A stretch of 64,000 nucleotides of DNA from an uncultured Dehalococcoidales bacterium (GTDB lineage Bacteria > Chloroflexota > Dehalococcoidia > GIF9 > UBA5629). Made by a program: the position numbers and the translations under genes. Below, piece by piece: positions 48,500 through 57,698 of this stretch. The DNA is taken from contig CAZSED010000001.1 in the NCBI GenBank assembly GCA_964605885.1, positions 70,428-134,427 on the forward strand, given 5' to 3'. The first letter of the stretch is position 1, and the number at the start of each line of letters is the position of its first letter. The notes below the pieces were generated by a model. That model was not told where the DNA came from. It saw nothing but the letters and a program-made list of their open reading frames with translations, and did not search any database.

Positions 48500-49762
48500 C
48501 TATTTAATGGCCTCCAAATTCATGTAGGGCCTTAAGGCTTCAGGCACCATTATGCTGCCATCCGCTTGCTGATAGTTTTCCATGACGGCTATCATCACCC
48601 TGGGCAGTGCCAGCCCCGAGCCGTTGAGCGTGTGTACCAGGACTGGCTTTGCTTCGACGTCCGGGCGATATCGCACATTGGCCCTGCGGGCCTGGAAATC
48701 GCCGCAGTTGCTGCAGGAGCTGACCTCGAGCCACTCCCCGCAGCCCGGCGCCCACATTTCGATATCGAAAGTCTTTGCAGCCGCGAATCCCAGGTCGCCG
48801 GTGCAAAGTTGGATTACGCGGTAGGCCAGCCCCAGCTTCCGGCAGACTTCCTCTGCGTTGGTAACCAGTTTGCTGAGCTCGTTATCAGACGTATCCGGCT
48901 GGACGAATTTGTACATCTCCACCTTCTCGAACTGATGGCCGCGTTTTATGCCGCGCGTGTCCTTGCCGGCAGCCATTTTTTCGCGGCGAAAGCAGGATGT
49001 ATGCGAGACGTAATTGAGCGGCAGCATGCCGGGGGCTAATATCTCGTCGCGGTGCAGGTTGGTCAGCGGCACTTCTGCTGTGGGGATAAACCAGTAGTCC
49101 TCTTCGGCATCGTGATAGAGGTTGTCGGCGAACTTGGGAAGATTGCTTGATCCCACCAGGCATTCCCTTTTGACCATGAAGGGTGGGAATATCTCGGTAT
49201 AGCCGTGCTGGTTAACGTGCAGGTCGAGCATGAAGCTGATCAAGGCGCGCTGCAGCAGTGCACCGGCGCCCGACAGCACATAAAAGCGCGTGCCGGACAG
49301 CTTCACGCCGCGCTGGAAATCGATAATTCCCAGCTTCTCAGCCAGCTCCCAGTGAGGGAGGGCCTTGAAATCAAGCTTTTTGGGCTCGCCCCATGCACGA
49401 ACAATTACATTTTCTTCTGCGCCTTTACCTTCGGGCACGTCCGGCGCAGGGATGTTAGGCAGCCGCAGCAGCCTGTCCTCCAGCTTATCAGCCAGCTCCT
49501 TGGCCTCTGCTTCAATGCGGGATATGTTATCTCCGACCTGCCGCATTTCCGCTATGAGATTGGCAGGCTTCTCTTTCATCTGGCTGATCTTCTTGCTCAC
49601 ATCATTGCGCCGCGCCCTAAGAGACTCAGCCTCTTTCAGCAGCTGCCTGTAAGCGTTGTCCAGGGTTATCACCTCATCCAGTTGTGTAGCGTCCTCGCCG
49701 CGCTTCTTCATGGCAAGGAAGACGGCGTCCGGATTTTCGCGTATCAGCCTGATATCTATCAT
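48500..49762 (-). CDS. serS: seryl-tRNA synthetase
   Basis: N-terminal coiled coil plus class II aaRS motifs. 420 aa. Confidence 0.95.
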   Translation of the reverse strand: MIDIRLIRENPDAVFLAMKKRGEDATQLDEVITLDNAYRQLLKEAESLRARRNDVSKKISQMKEKPANLIAEMRQVGDNISRIEAEAKELADKLEDRLLRLPNIPAPDVPEGKGAEENVIVRAWGEPKKLDFKALPHWELAEKLGIIDFQRGVKLSGTRFYVLSGAGALLQRALISFMLDLHVNQHGYTEIFPPFMVKRECLVGSSNLPKFADNLYHDAEEDYWFIPTAEVPLTNLHRDEILAPGMLPLNYVSHTSCFRREKMAAGKDTRGIKRGHQFEKVEMYKFVQPDTSDNELSKLVTNAEEVCRKLGLAYRVIQLCTGDLGFAAAKTFDIEMWAPGCGEWLEVSSCSNCGDFQARRANVRYRPDVEAKPVLVHTLNGSGLALPRVMIAVMENYQQADGSIMVPEALRPYMNLEAIK

Positions 49763-49772
49763 AAATTGTGTC

Positions 49773-51278
49773 CTACCTGGATTTGAGCTGGGGGAAAAGT
49801 ATCACTTCACGTATGGACTGCTTATCTGTGAATATCATTATCAGGCGGTCTATGCCGATACCGAGCCCGCCGGTAGGAGGCATGCCGTACTCCATGGCCG
49901 TCAGGAAATCATCGTCTATCAGTTCAATCTCGGGCATTTCGCCCGCCGCCCTGGCGCGTTCCACTTCCGCCGAGTGCATCTCTCTCTGTATTGTAAACCT
50001 TTCGCGCTGCTCCCGTGGGTCGTTCAGCTCCGAGAATGAATTGGCCACTTCCAGGCTGCCGATGAAGGCCTCGAAACGTTCCACGAGCTGGGGATTATCA
50101 CGGTGCTTTTTGGCCAGCGGCGACATTTCAACCGGGTAGTCTATAAGGAAAGTGGGCTGTTTGAGCTGCGGCTCGACGTAGGTGGACAGCAGTTCGTCTA
50201 TCAGCCTTCCCCTGTCCTTCAGGGGGTCAACCTGCATGCCCAGTTTCTCCATCCTGGCACGCAGGCTGTCGGCGTCCGGGTAGTCCATGAAGTCTATGCT
50301 GCAATGGTCGATAAGCGCCTGCCTGAGCGGAATGCGTTTCCAGGGCGGATCGAGCTTGATGGTTTCGCCGGCATAGGTAACCTGCGTGCTGCCGAGCACA
50401 TCCCGGGCAGCCTGGCTGATCAACGTCTCAGTCATCTGCATGACGTCATTATAATCAGCGTAGGCCTCATAGCTTTCCAGCATGGTAAACTCGGGGTTGT
50501 GCTTGGTTGAGATCCCTTCATTGCGAAAGACCCGGCCGATCTCGTAGACCTTATCGAAGCCGCCGATTATCAGCCTCTTTAAATACAGCTCCAGCGCTAT
50601 GCGCGGATACAGGTCCTGATCAAGTGCGTGGTGATGGGTGATAAAGGGACGCGCCAGCGCCCCGCCGTACATCGGCTGGAGCACAGGCGTCTCCACCTCT
50701 ATAAATCCATGAATGTTCATGAAGTTACGTATCGAGATGATTATTTTGCTTCTTGTAACAAACAGCTCTTTAATATCCCTGTTCGCGATAAGGTCCAGGT
50801 ACCTCTGGCGGTACCTTTTTTCCACGTCCACCAGCCCGTGCCACTTTTCCGGCAGGGGCATCAGCGACTTCGCCAGGAGCTCGAACTGTCCCACGTCCAG
50901 CGTGATTTCCCCGCTGCGGGTCTTGAAAAGCGTGCCCTTCACACCCAGAAAATCACCGATATCCACGTCGTGCAGCAACTGGTAACTTTCGTCGCCCAGG
51001 GAGTCACGCTTAAAAAAGAGCTGTATCTTGGCGGAGCCGTCCGTTATATCGAAAAAAGCTGTTTTGCCCATGAATCTTGCAGCTGTAACGCGCCCTGCCA
51101 GGCTGATGTCCGGGAGGGTTGATGCGGGGTCATCACCGGCGGATGAACGGAAAAGCTCCAGGGCTTCGAGGTTGGTATGCGTGCGGGCGTATCTGTACGG
51201 ATAGGGATTAATGCCGCGCTTAATAATCCTGGTCAGTTTTTCCAGACGCGGCTGTTCTACACGCTCCTGCCCGCCCAT
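49773..51278 (-). CDS. lysS: lysyl-tRNA synthetase, class II
   Basis: OB anticodon-binding domain followed by a class II core (GGLGIGIDRLIM). Confidence 0.95.
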   Translation of the reverse strand: MGGQERVEQPRLEKLTRIIKRGINPYPYRYARTHTNLEALELFRSSAGDDPASTLPDISLAGRVTAARFMGKTAFFDITDGSAKIQLFFKRDSLGDESYQLLHDVDIGDFLGVKGTLFKTRSGEITLDVGQFELLAKSLMPLPEKWHGLVDVEKRYRQRYLDLIANRDIKELFVTRSKIIISIRNFMNIHGFIEVETPVLQPMYGGALARPFITHHHALDQDLYPRIALELYLKRLIIGGFDKVYEIGRVFRNEGISTKHNPEFTMLESYEAYADYNDVMQMTETLISQAARDVLGSTQVTYAGETIKLDPPWKRIPLRQALIDHCSIDFMDYPDADSLRARMEKLGMQVDPLKDRGRLIDELLSTYVEPQLKQPTFLIDYPVEMSPLAKKHRDNPQLVERFEAFIGSLEVANSFSELNDPREQRERFTIQREMHSAEVERARAAGEMPEIELIDDDFLTAMEYGMPPTGGLGIGIDRLIMIFTDKQSIREVILFPQLKSR

Positions 51279-51282
51279 CTGA

Positions 51283-51750
51283 TTAACTTACTTCGATTAT
51301 TTGTAGTTTCATGATCCCGGCCGGTGTGCGCACTTCAACCTTTTCGCCCTTCTTTTTGCCCAGCAGCGCCTTGCCTACCGGGGATTCACTGGAGATTTTA
51401 CCATCGACGGGGCTTGCTTCTGTAGTGCCGACGATAGTATAGCGGTCGATTTTACCGTCCTGGTTCTGGATGAGCACTGTATCACCGAGCTCCACAACGC
51501 CGGGATGATGCGGCGCCTCTATGATACGTGCGTTAAGAATGATGTTTTCAAGTGAACTGATCCTGCCTTCGATGAAAGCCTGCTCGTTCTTGGCGTCCTC
51601 ATACTCGGCATTGTTTTCAGTCCCGCCCATTTCGCGGGCCCTTTTTATCTGCTCTGCCACCTCTTTGCGGCGAACCGAGATCAGCTGTTCGTACTCTACC
51701 TTGAGTTTTTCAAGTCCTTCCTTGGTAATGTCGAACTTTTTCTGGGTCAT
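51283..51750 (-). CDS. greA: transcription elongation factor GreA
   Basis: 155 aa with an N-terminal coiled coil and a C-terminal FKBP-like domain, the typical GreA pattern. Confidence 0.9.
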   Translation of the reverse strand: MTQKKFDITKEGLEKLKVEYEQLISVRRKEVAEQIKRAREMGGTENNAEYEDAKNEQAFIEGRISSLENIILNARIIEAPHHPGVVELGDTVLIQNQDGKIDRYTIVGTTEASPVDGKISSESPVGKALLGKKKGEKVEVRTPAGIMKLQIIEVS

Positions 51751-51894
51751 GGGTCACCTCCCGGCAGGCCTAATAGTAAAAAACTGAGAGTCGCATAACT
51801 CTCAGCTTTTCGATGACTTTCAAAACATTATATTCCGATGCAGGGGAGATGTAAAGAATGGTATAATGTCTGCCGGCTAAATTCAGGAGGGACC

Positions 51895-52947
51895 ATGGCT
51901 ATACTACAGATTTTATCCTACGAATCCTGCGGCAAGACAGCGTTGTGCGCCGGAATCGGCAAGAAACTGGTCAATGCCGGGACCAGGGTCGGCTATATCA
52001 AGCCTATACACGTGACAGGCCAGGCCAAGGATAGCTGCGCAGACGCTATTTTCATAAACGAAGCCCTGGAGTTGGGCGAAAACAAGGAACAGGTTTGCCC
52101 CATTCACCTTTCACAGGAGGAGCTGTGGAGCAAGCTTAGTGAGGATATCGATGGCTTTTCAAACACCGTGGTCGCAGCCTGCCAGAAGGTTTTGGCAGGC
52201 AAAGACGTCCTGATCATCGAGAGCCCGGGCAGCCTCAAAGGCGATAAGGTGTCAGGGCTGGCCGGCAGCACCATTGCAGAGAAAATGGATACCAGGATAA
52301 TTATGCTGGTCTGCTACTCGACCGGATTTAAAGACCCTGAAATTATTCAGTCTGCCAAGAAGTTCGGTGACCGGCTGGTAGGCGTAGTAGTTAACCAGGT
52401 GCCTGAATCAAAGCTGGACAGCATACAGACCGAGTGCAGCGACTATTTTAAGTCCCAGGGAGTTAACCTGCTGGGAGTTCTGCCTGAGTCCAGGACGCTG
52501 CTCGGCGTGACCGTGGGAGAAATTGCCACTGCACTGGGAGCGGAGATAATCTCTTCCAAGGATAAATCCGGCGAGCTGGTGGAGAACTTTATGCTGGGAG
52601 CCATGACCCCCGACCAGGTAAGGGAATATTACGACAGGAAGAAGAATAAAGCCGTGGTCACCAGTACGGAGAGGCCGGATATGCAGCTGGCCGCCCTAGA
52701 TACATCCACCAAATGCCTGGTGGTCGCCGGCAAGAAGCCCTCTACCTCGGTCATGGTCAAGGCGGAAGATAAAAAGGTGCCGGTGATGGTGGTGGACAGG
52801 AACATTGAAGATATTGTGCTAGATATTGAAAAGGCACTAAGCAAGGCCAGGTTTCATAACCTGCAGAAATTGAAGGCAGTATCGGCTATCCTAGACAGCC
52901 GCTTCGATTACAAGGCGTTAAATACAGCGCTGGGCCTGCCCCAGTAA
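51895..52947 (+). CDS. phosphotransacetylase-N-terminal-like protein (nucleotide-binding AAA/BioD-like plus DRTGG domain)
   Basis: RBS AGGAGG before ATG 51895. P-loop-like SYESCGKT. DRTGG-like C-terminal region. Confidence 0.6.
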   Translation: MAILQILSYESCGKTALCAGIGKKLVNAGTRVGYIKPIHVTGQAKDSCADAIFINEALELGENKEQVCPIHLSQEELWSKLSEDIDGFSNTVVAACQKVLAGKDVLIIESPGSLKGDKVSGLAGSTIAEKMDTRIIMLVCYSTGFKDPEIIQSAKKFGDRLVGVVVNQVPESKLDSIQTECSDYFKSQGVNLLGVLPESRTLLGVTVGEIATALGAEIISSKDKSGELVENFMLGAMTPDQVREYYDRKKNKAVVTSTERPDMQLAALDTSTKCLVVAGKKPSTSVMVKAEDKKVPVMVVDRNIEDIVLDIEKALSKARFHNLQKLKAVSAILDSRFDYKALNTALGLPQ

Positions 52948-53196
52948 CTATTCTGAATCGTCCGGCTCGCAGGAGCCTGAAACAATCCCCTTGGCCTGCT
53001 CTGAATAGCCTTCCGGCACCTGTACCTGCACCTGCCCCAGCCCGTCCACTGTGAGCCCGTACACGTTGCCCAGGCTCTCGTATTTCAGTATAACGGGGAT
53101 GCCCTCTACCTCCAGCCTGCCCTTGACGATCTCTGCCTCGGGCTGCCCGCAGGCCTTGTAAACCGTAACGAATTTATCGAATGTCATAGCGGTCAA
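52948..53196 (-). CDS. small DUF2007-like protein
   Basis: 82 aa with a pattern (FVTVYKA...EAEIVKGRLEVEGIPV) resembling putative signal-transducing DUF2007 proteins. Confidence 0.4.
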   Translation of the reverse strand: MTAMTFDKFVTVYKACGQPEAEIVKGRLEVEGIPVILKYESLGNVYGLTVDGLGQVQVQVPEGYSEQAKGIVSGSCEPDDSE

Positions 53197-53264
53197 AAAA
53201 AGAGAATAAATAAGCGCCGCCCGCGTGGGCGACGCTTATTTTATTGCTTAATTATACTTGGAGT

Positions 53265-53939
53265 TTATTTGCAGATCTTGCATTTGGCCAGGAGGTTGTA
53301 CTGCAGACACCAGGTCTGAGATACGCACTCCGGATGCGGACAACCTGAAATACCCCAGTCACCGCCGCCCAGTTTGCCGGTACCGTAGTGGTTTGGCTGG
53401 TTGTTGTTGATCAGTGAGTTGGTGCCGAGATCAGCAGCTCCCCAGCTCTTGTTGGCGAAAGATAGGCTTTTGCCCCAGCAGGCGGAGCACTTGGAAGTGC
53501 CCAGACCAGCAACGGTCGGGTTTGCGGGGCAGTTCAGGGGGCAGTCATCCAACGGCAGGGATGTGGGTTTAGTTGCCGGGTTCAGACATTTCTGGGAGTC
53601 GGTGCAGGCTGAACCAAGTGTGCCTGCCTCGGTGTTGCAGTTGCTGCAGCCGCCCAGGCACATATTGATGTCGTTACCAGTGTTCTTGGCGCTCTTCGAC
53701 GTATTGCAGACGCCGGGATTTAGTTTATCTGGGCCAGCTAATCCAGCAAGCCTGGACATGGCGCTGGTAGGCGTCCTGCCCCAATGCTGGAGGTATAGCT
53801 TCCAGGAGTTCTGGTTATTTTCCCATTTAACTTTGTCCCAACCCGTGCATTTTCCCAAGTCGGCTGAGACGGTGGCGGGTATCAGCACCAATGATACGGC
53901 CACAACTAAAGCGACGACGGTGCCAAAAATTCTCCTCAC
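53265..53939 (-). CDS. secreted cysteine-rich protein (~16 Cys), unknown function
   Basis: Signal peptide MRRIFGTVVALVVAVSLVLIPATVSA. Asn/Gly/Thr-rich mature part with many CxxC and CxxxC spacings. Confidence 0.55.
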   Translation of the reverse strand: MRRIFGTVVALVVAVSLVLIPATVSADLGKCTGWDKVKWENNQNSWKLYLQHWGRTPTSAMSRLAGLAGPDKLNPGVCNTSKSAKNTGNDINMCLGGCSNCNTEAGTLGSACTDSQKCLNPATKPTSLPLDDCPLNCPANPTVAGLGTSKCSACWGKSLSFANKSWGAADLGTNSLINNNQPNHYGTGKLGGGDWGISGCPHPECVSQTWCLQYNLLAKCKICK

Positions 53940-54122
53940 GGCATACGCCTCCTTAATAGTGAATTTGCCCGCATTTTACAAGTTCACCTAGACTTTGTCA
54001 ATAGCCGAGCGGGTACATTTTCTTGAAATTGCTCAACATAAAATATAAAATTACGCTCTGCTGAAAAAGTTTATAAAAATGTTATCGGGCCCAAAAGCCC
54101 GTTTTTAAAGGAGGAATGACCG

Positions 54123-54494
54123 GTGCCTGCCCTGGGCAAACATCTGCTGCTGGAGCTGAAGGACTGCAACCACGAGTTGCTGAACGACATTGCGTATTTG
54201 AAGACGGCGCTCAGCGAGGTTGCCACTCAGATAGGGGCCACGGTGGTCAAAGACTCCTTTTACCAGTTCACACCCCAGGGAGTGAGCGGGGTGGTCATCA
54301 TTGCCGAGTCGCATATTTCCATTCATACTTGGCCCGAACATAATTATGCCGCGGTGGACGTATTTACCTGCGGTGACGTAATCGAGCCCAAAAACGCGGT
54401 CAAACCTCTGACTGAAAAGCTGAAGGCCGGGTCGGCCACCTATATTGAACTTAAACGGGGTGTGCTGCTGGAGAGCGCCGCTCCCGTAAGCTGA
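54123..54494 (+). CDS. speH: S-adenosylmethionine decarboxylase proenzyme (pyruvoyl-dependent, SpeH type)
   Basis: GTG start with RBS AAGGAGGA. Self-cleavage motif ESHISIHTWPE. Confidence 0.85.
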   Translation: MPALGKHLLLELKDCNHELLNDIAYLKTALSEVATQIGATVVKDSFYQFTPQGVSGVVIIAESHISIHTWPEHNYAAVDVFTCGDVIEPKNAVKPLTEKLKAGSATYIELKRGVLLESAAPVS

Positions 54495-54496
54495 AC

Positions 54497-55423
54497 ATGG
54501 CCAGGCCCGACTATTTTAACCGGAAGAAGTGGCTCATAGACGAGCTTTCGCCCGACCTGGTGCAGGTCCACGGCATAAAGCGCGTGCTCCACGACAGGAA
54601 AACCAGGTTCCAGCACGCCCAGATCGTAGAGACTGCAACCTTCGGCATCTGCCTGGTGCTGGACGGCAAGATCCAGTCCGGCGAGAAGGACGAATTCATT
54701 TACCACGAAGCGCTGGTGCACCCGGCCATGCTGGCGCATCGGCGACCTGAGAGCATATTCATCGCCGGCGGCGGGGAGGGCGCAACGCTGCGCGAGGTGT
54801 TGAAGCACCGCACGGTCAAAACAGCGGTAATGGTGGATATCGACGAGCAAGTTGTCAGTTTATGCCGCAAATATCTTCCCACCTTTCATCGCGGGGCCTT
54901 CGATGATAAAAGGGCGGCGGTCTACTATGAGGACGCGCGCGCCTTCATTAAGAACACGCGGCAGAAGTTCGATGTAGCCATAATTGACCTGGCAGACCCG
55001 GTGGAGGAGGGGCCGGCCCGCCTGCTGTATACGGCTGAGTTCTATAGGCTGGTTAAGAATAAGCTGAAACCGGGAGGCATTATGGTGGTTCAGTCAGGCC
55101 AGTCCGGCTGGATCAACCTTCAGAATTTCTTTTACATCAACGGCACTCTGAAAAGCGTGTTCAAGGTGGTCAGGCCTTACCAGGTATACGTGCCGTCGTT
55201 CGTCGACCTGTGGGGTTTCCACGCTGTGTCGGACGGCACGGACCCGCTGAAGCTCTCACCAGCGGAGGTTGACCGCAGGATAGCCAACAGGGTAGAGGGA
55301 GCCCTGCTTTCATACGATGGTATAGCCCACACAGGCCTGTTTTCGCTGCCTAAGAGGCTACGCAGCAGGCTGGCCAGGGTGCGCAAGGTCATTACGGATA
55401 AGTCGCCGATTTCGGTTCAGTGA
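54497..55423 (+). CDS. speE: spermidine synthase / polyamine aminopropyltransferase
   Basis: GGGEGATLREVLKH and DLADPVEEGPA motifs. Confidence 0.9.
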   Translation: MARPDYFNRKKWLIDELSPDLVQVHGIKRVLHDRKTRFQHAQIVETATFGICLVLDGKIQSGEKDEFIYHEALVHPAMLAHRRPESIFIAGGGEGATLREVLKHRTVKTAVMVDIDEQVVSLCRKYLPTFHRGAFDDKRAAVYYEDARAFIKNTRQKFDVAIIDLADPVEEGPARLLYTAEFYRLVKNKLKPGGIMVVQSGQSGWINLQNFFYINGTLKSVFKVVRPYQVYVPSFVDLWGFHAVSDGTDPLKLSPAEVDRRIANRVEGALLSYDGIAHTGLFSLPKRLRSRLARVRKVITDKSPISVQ

Positions 55424-55977
55424 TTGCCCGCAAGCAGCTGTGGCTGTCTGATTTCCATCAGGATAAAGTTATATTCCCCTTTGGCTAAGCTGCCGCTTGG
55501 CCGGAAGCCGCACTTTTCAAAGCATTTCTGCGCCCGCTGGTTCCAGTCCAGCGTCCTGAGCATTACTCTCTGGATGCTGGACGTATCAAATACGTGCTGC
55601 AGGAAGGTATTCAAGGCGTCACTGCCATAGCCACGGTCCCAGTAGGCCTTTTCGCCGATCAGGATGCCGGTCTCTGCGCTGTTATTTAAAATGTCGAAGT
55701 TGAACATGCTGCAGTTGCCGATATGCCTGCCGTCCAGGGCATCAATAGCCAGAGTGTATGTAAGACCTGGATATTCGAGCTCAACGAAGTGGCGCTCCAT
55801 GAACTCGGGATAGGTGAGGTCTATAGGAGTGGTGGCATCCAGGCGGCACATTTCTTCATCAGTCCTCCACCTGTACTCGTCTGCGGCATCCTCAAGCCGG
55901 CGGGAACGCAGCCTGACTATCCTGCCGGCCAATGTAGGCCGCCGGTTTAAAAATTCAAAGATAGTGGATCTTCGCAA
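55417..55977 (-). CDS. GNAT family N-acetyltransferase (start uncertain)
   Basis: RimL-like pattern (RLRSRRLEDAADEY..., acetyl-CoA motif RGYGSDALNTFL). Confidence 0.65.
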   Translation of the reverse strand: MRRSTIFEFLNRRPTLAGRIVRLRSRRLEDAADEYRWRTDEEMCRLDATTPIDLTYPEFMERHFVELEYPGLTYTLAIDALDGRHIGNCSMFNFDILNNSAETGILIGEKAYWDRGYGSDALNTFLQHVFDTSSIQRVMLRTLDWNQRAQKCFEKCGFRPSGSLAKGEYNFILMEIRQPQLLAGNH

Positions 55978-56879
55978 GCTGAAAGCTCTGTCAAAGCGGT
56001 TTTAGCCGCCTCTTTGATACGGTTGTTGGGGTCCCTGGCAAGTTTCTGCAGCGTTTGTTTGGCCTGCTTGCCACCGATTTTACCCAGTGAGGCTATGGCA
56101 GCCTCCTGTACCTCAGGGTCTTCATCCTCCAGCAGCTTTAACAGGTACGGCACCGCCTCTTCATCGCCCACCTGGCCGCTGGCCTGTGCCGCTTCGTACC
56201 TGATCTCCGCTAAGCTGTTCTGCATCTCGCTGATGAGGAAGCTCAGCCAGCGGGAATCGCAGTTCAGCCCCATGGCATAAATAGCGCTGGCCTTTACCCT
56301 GGGGTCCTCGCTGTGATAATAGTCTTCAATATACTGCTCCACCACCTCGTCGTGGAAGGGGGCTATGGCCTCCAGCGCTCTGCGTCGAATAGATATCGGT
56401 TCCGCCGGATTTTCAAGCACCTTCATCAGTGCCTCAGATATGTCCTGTCCGATGACCTCGGGAAAATCGCCCAGCTCGGATAATAAGGCAAATTTGCCCA
56501 GCGTCCGGGCGGCGGCGGTCCTGACTTCCTCCGACTCGTCGGCCTTTAAGACCTTGATGACCAGGGGCGCAAATACATACTTGTCTTCAAGCTCCAAACC
56601 TTCCAGGGCCTTGATCCTTATTTTCTCCTCCGGGTCCTCCAGTCCGATCTTAAATATCCCCGTGAAATCAAGGATAAAGTCTTCTTCGCTGATGCTTACC
56701 AGCCTGGATATAAGGTTCAGTCGCTGGCCGGCGTCGATGCTGCCCCAACTCTGCCTGAATGCCTTGAGGCCCTCATCGTTCAAATCAGATAGTACGGCCA
56801 GCTCGGAGTTGAGCAGCTCGTTAGAGTGCTCAGGTAATTTCTGGACTAATTTATTGACCTGCTGCTCTTTAGATTCCAT
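55947..56879 (-). CDS. HEAT-repeat protein
   Basis: Repeated E(E)VRxAAAxALG-type HEAT/PBS-lyase repeats. Start set at MESKEQQ, 1-2 nt after the PAC2 stop. Confidence 0.65.
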   Translation of the reverse strand: MESKEQQVNKLVQKLPEHSNELLNSELAVLSDLNDEGLKAFRQSWGSIDAGQRLNLISRLVSISEEDFILDFTGIFKIGLEDPEEKIRIKALEGLELEDKYVFAPLVIKVLKADESEEVRTAAARTLGKFALLSELGDFPEVIGQDISEALMKVLENPAEPISIRRRALEAIAPFHDEVVEQYIEDYYHSEDPRVKASAIYAMGLNCDSRWLSFLISEMQNSLAEIRYEAAQASGQVGDEEAVPYLLKLLEDEDPEVQEAAIASLGKIGGKQAKQTLQKLARDPNNRIKEAAKTALTELSACEDPLSLNF

Positions 56880-56880
56880 A

Positions 56881-57696
56881 TCAGCCTTCCTCATCCTCCT
56901 CGTCTTCTTCGAACTCCTCCTCGTCTTCGGGAGGCGGCCAGATGGGCCTGGTGTAGCGGTCAATGTACTCGCCCATAGCCTGGGCAGCCAGCCGCTTCAT
57001 CTGCTGGTCCGAGTCCTCGGCTATTTTGGCCAGCTCTGCCAGGTCGATCTGCAGGTCGAGTATTTGCAGGAGGACCTTTAGTACAGCCAGGGCAGCCTTG
57101 GGATTAGGTATGCGGGTGGTATAAGAGGGCACCTCTCCCAGCAGGCAGACGCCCTCCACGCGGCGTTGCCTGGCCACGCCAAGAAGTAAGCCATTCAGGC
57201 CTGCTATTTGGAGCCTGCCGCGCAGCACAACCTGGAATTTCTTAAGATAATCGATAAGCGAGGATTCCGTGGCCACTCCCCAGACCCGGGGCTGCTCGGT
57301 ATGATGTATCTTGGCGATGGCGGCGGCAAAGGTATATACCCTCTGGACCTTGAATTTTTTGGCTATATCAAGGATGAAGTTGGCCAGGTCATAGCCCTTG
57401 AAGCTGGGTTGCTCGTCACTGATGAAGAAGAGTATATCCTTCTTGCCGGCCGAGTTGTGCCAGTAGTAGAATTTTCCCTCGGGGAACTGCGGCTCCTCGA
57501 CGATGTTGTCTTTCACCATTACGCCGATGGGATCAAAAAAGGTGAAAGGCTCAATCTCCCCTATCTCCTCCGCCTGGAGCTTCTCACGCAGGTAGCGGCT
57601 CACTATCAGGGAAAGGTTCCCGATTCCCGGCCAGGCCGCGATCATGTCACAGCTCTTCGGCCTGGGCTCCTTGTGGAAGTTAACCAGCTTTTTCAT
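56881..57696 (-). CDS. PAC2 family protein (proteasome-assembly-chaperone-like fold) with acidic C-terminal tail
   Basis: PAC2-like pattern (MIAAWPGIGNLS...). The ATG lies 2 nt after the upstream stop. Tail EDEEEFEEDEEDEEG. Confidence 0.6.
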   Translation of the reverse strand: MKKLVNFHKEPRPKSCDMIAAWPGIGNLSLIVSRYLREKLQAEEIGEIEPFTFFDPIGVMVKDNIVEEPQFPEGKFYYWHNSAGKKDILFFISDEQPSFKGYDLANFILDIAKKFKVQRVYTFAAAIAKIHHTEQPRVWGVATESSLIDYLKKFQVVLRGRLQIAGLNGLLLGVARQRRVEGVCLLGEVPSYTTRIPNPKAALAVLKVLLQILDLQIDLAELAKIAEDSDQQMKRLAAQAMGEYIDRYTRPIWPPPEDEEEFEEDEEDEEG

Positions 57697-57698
57697 TT

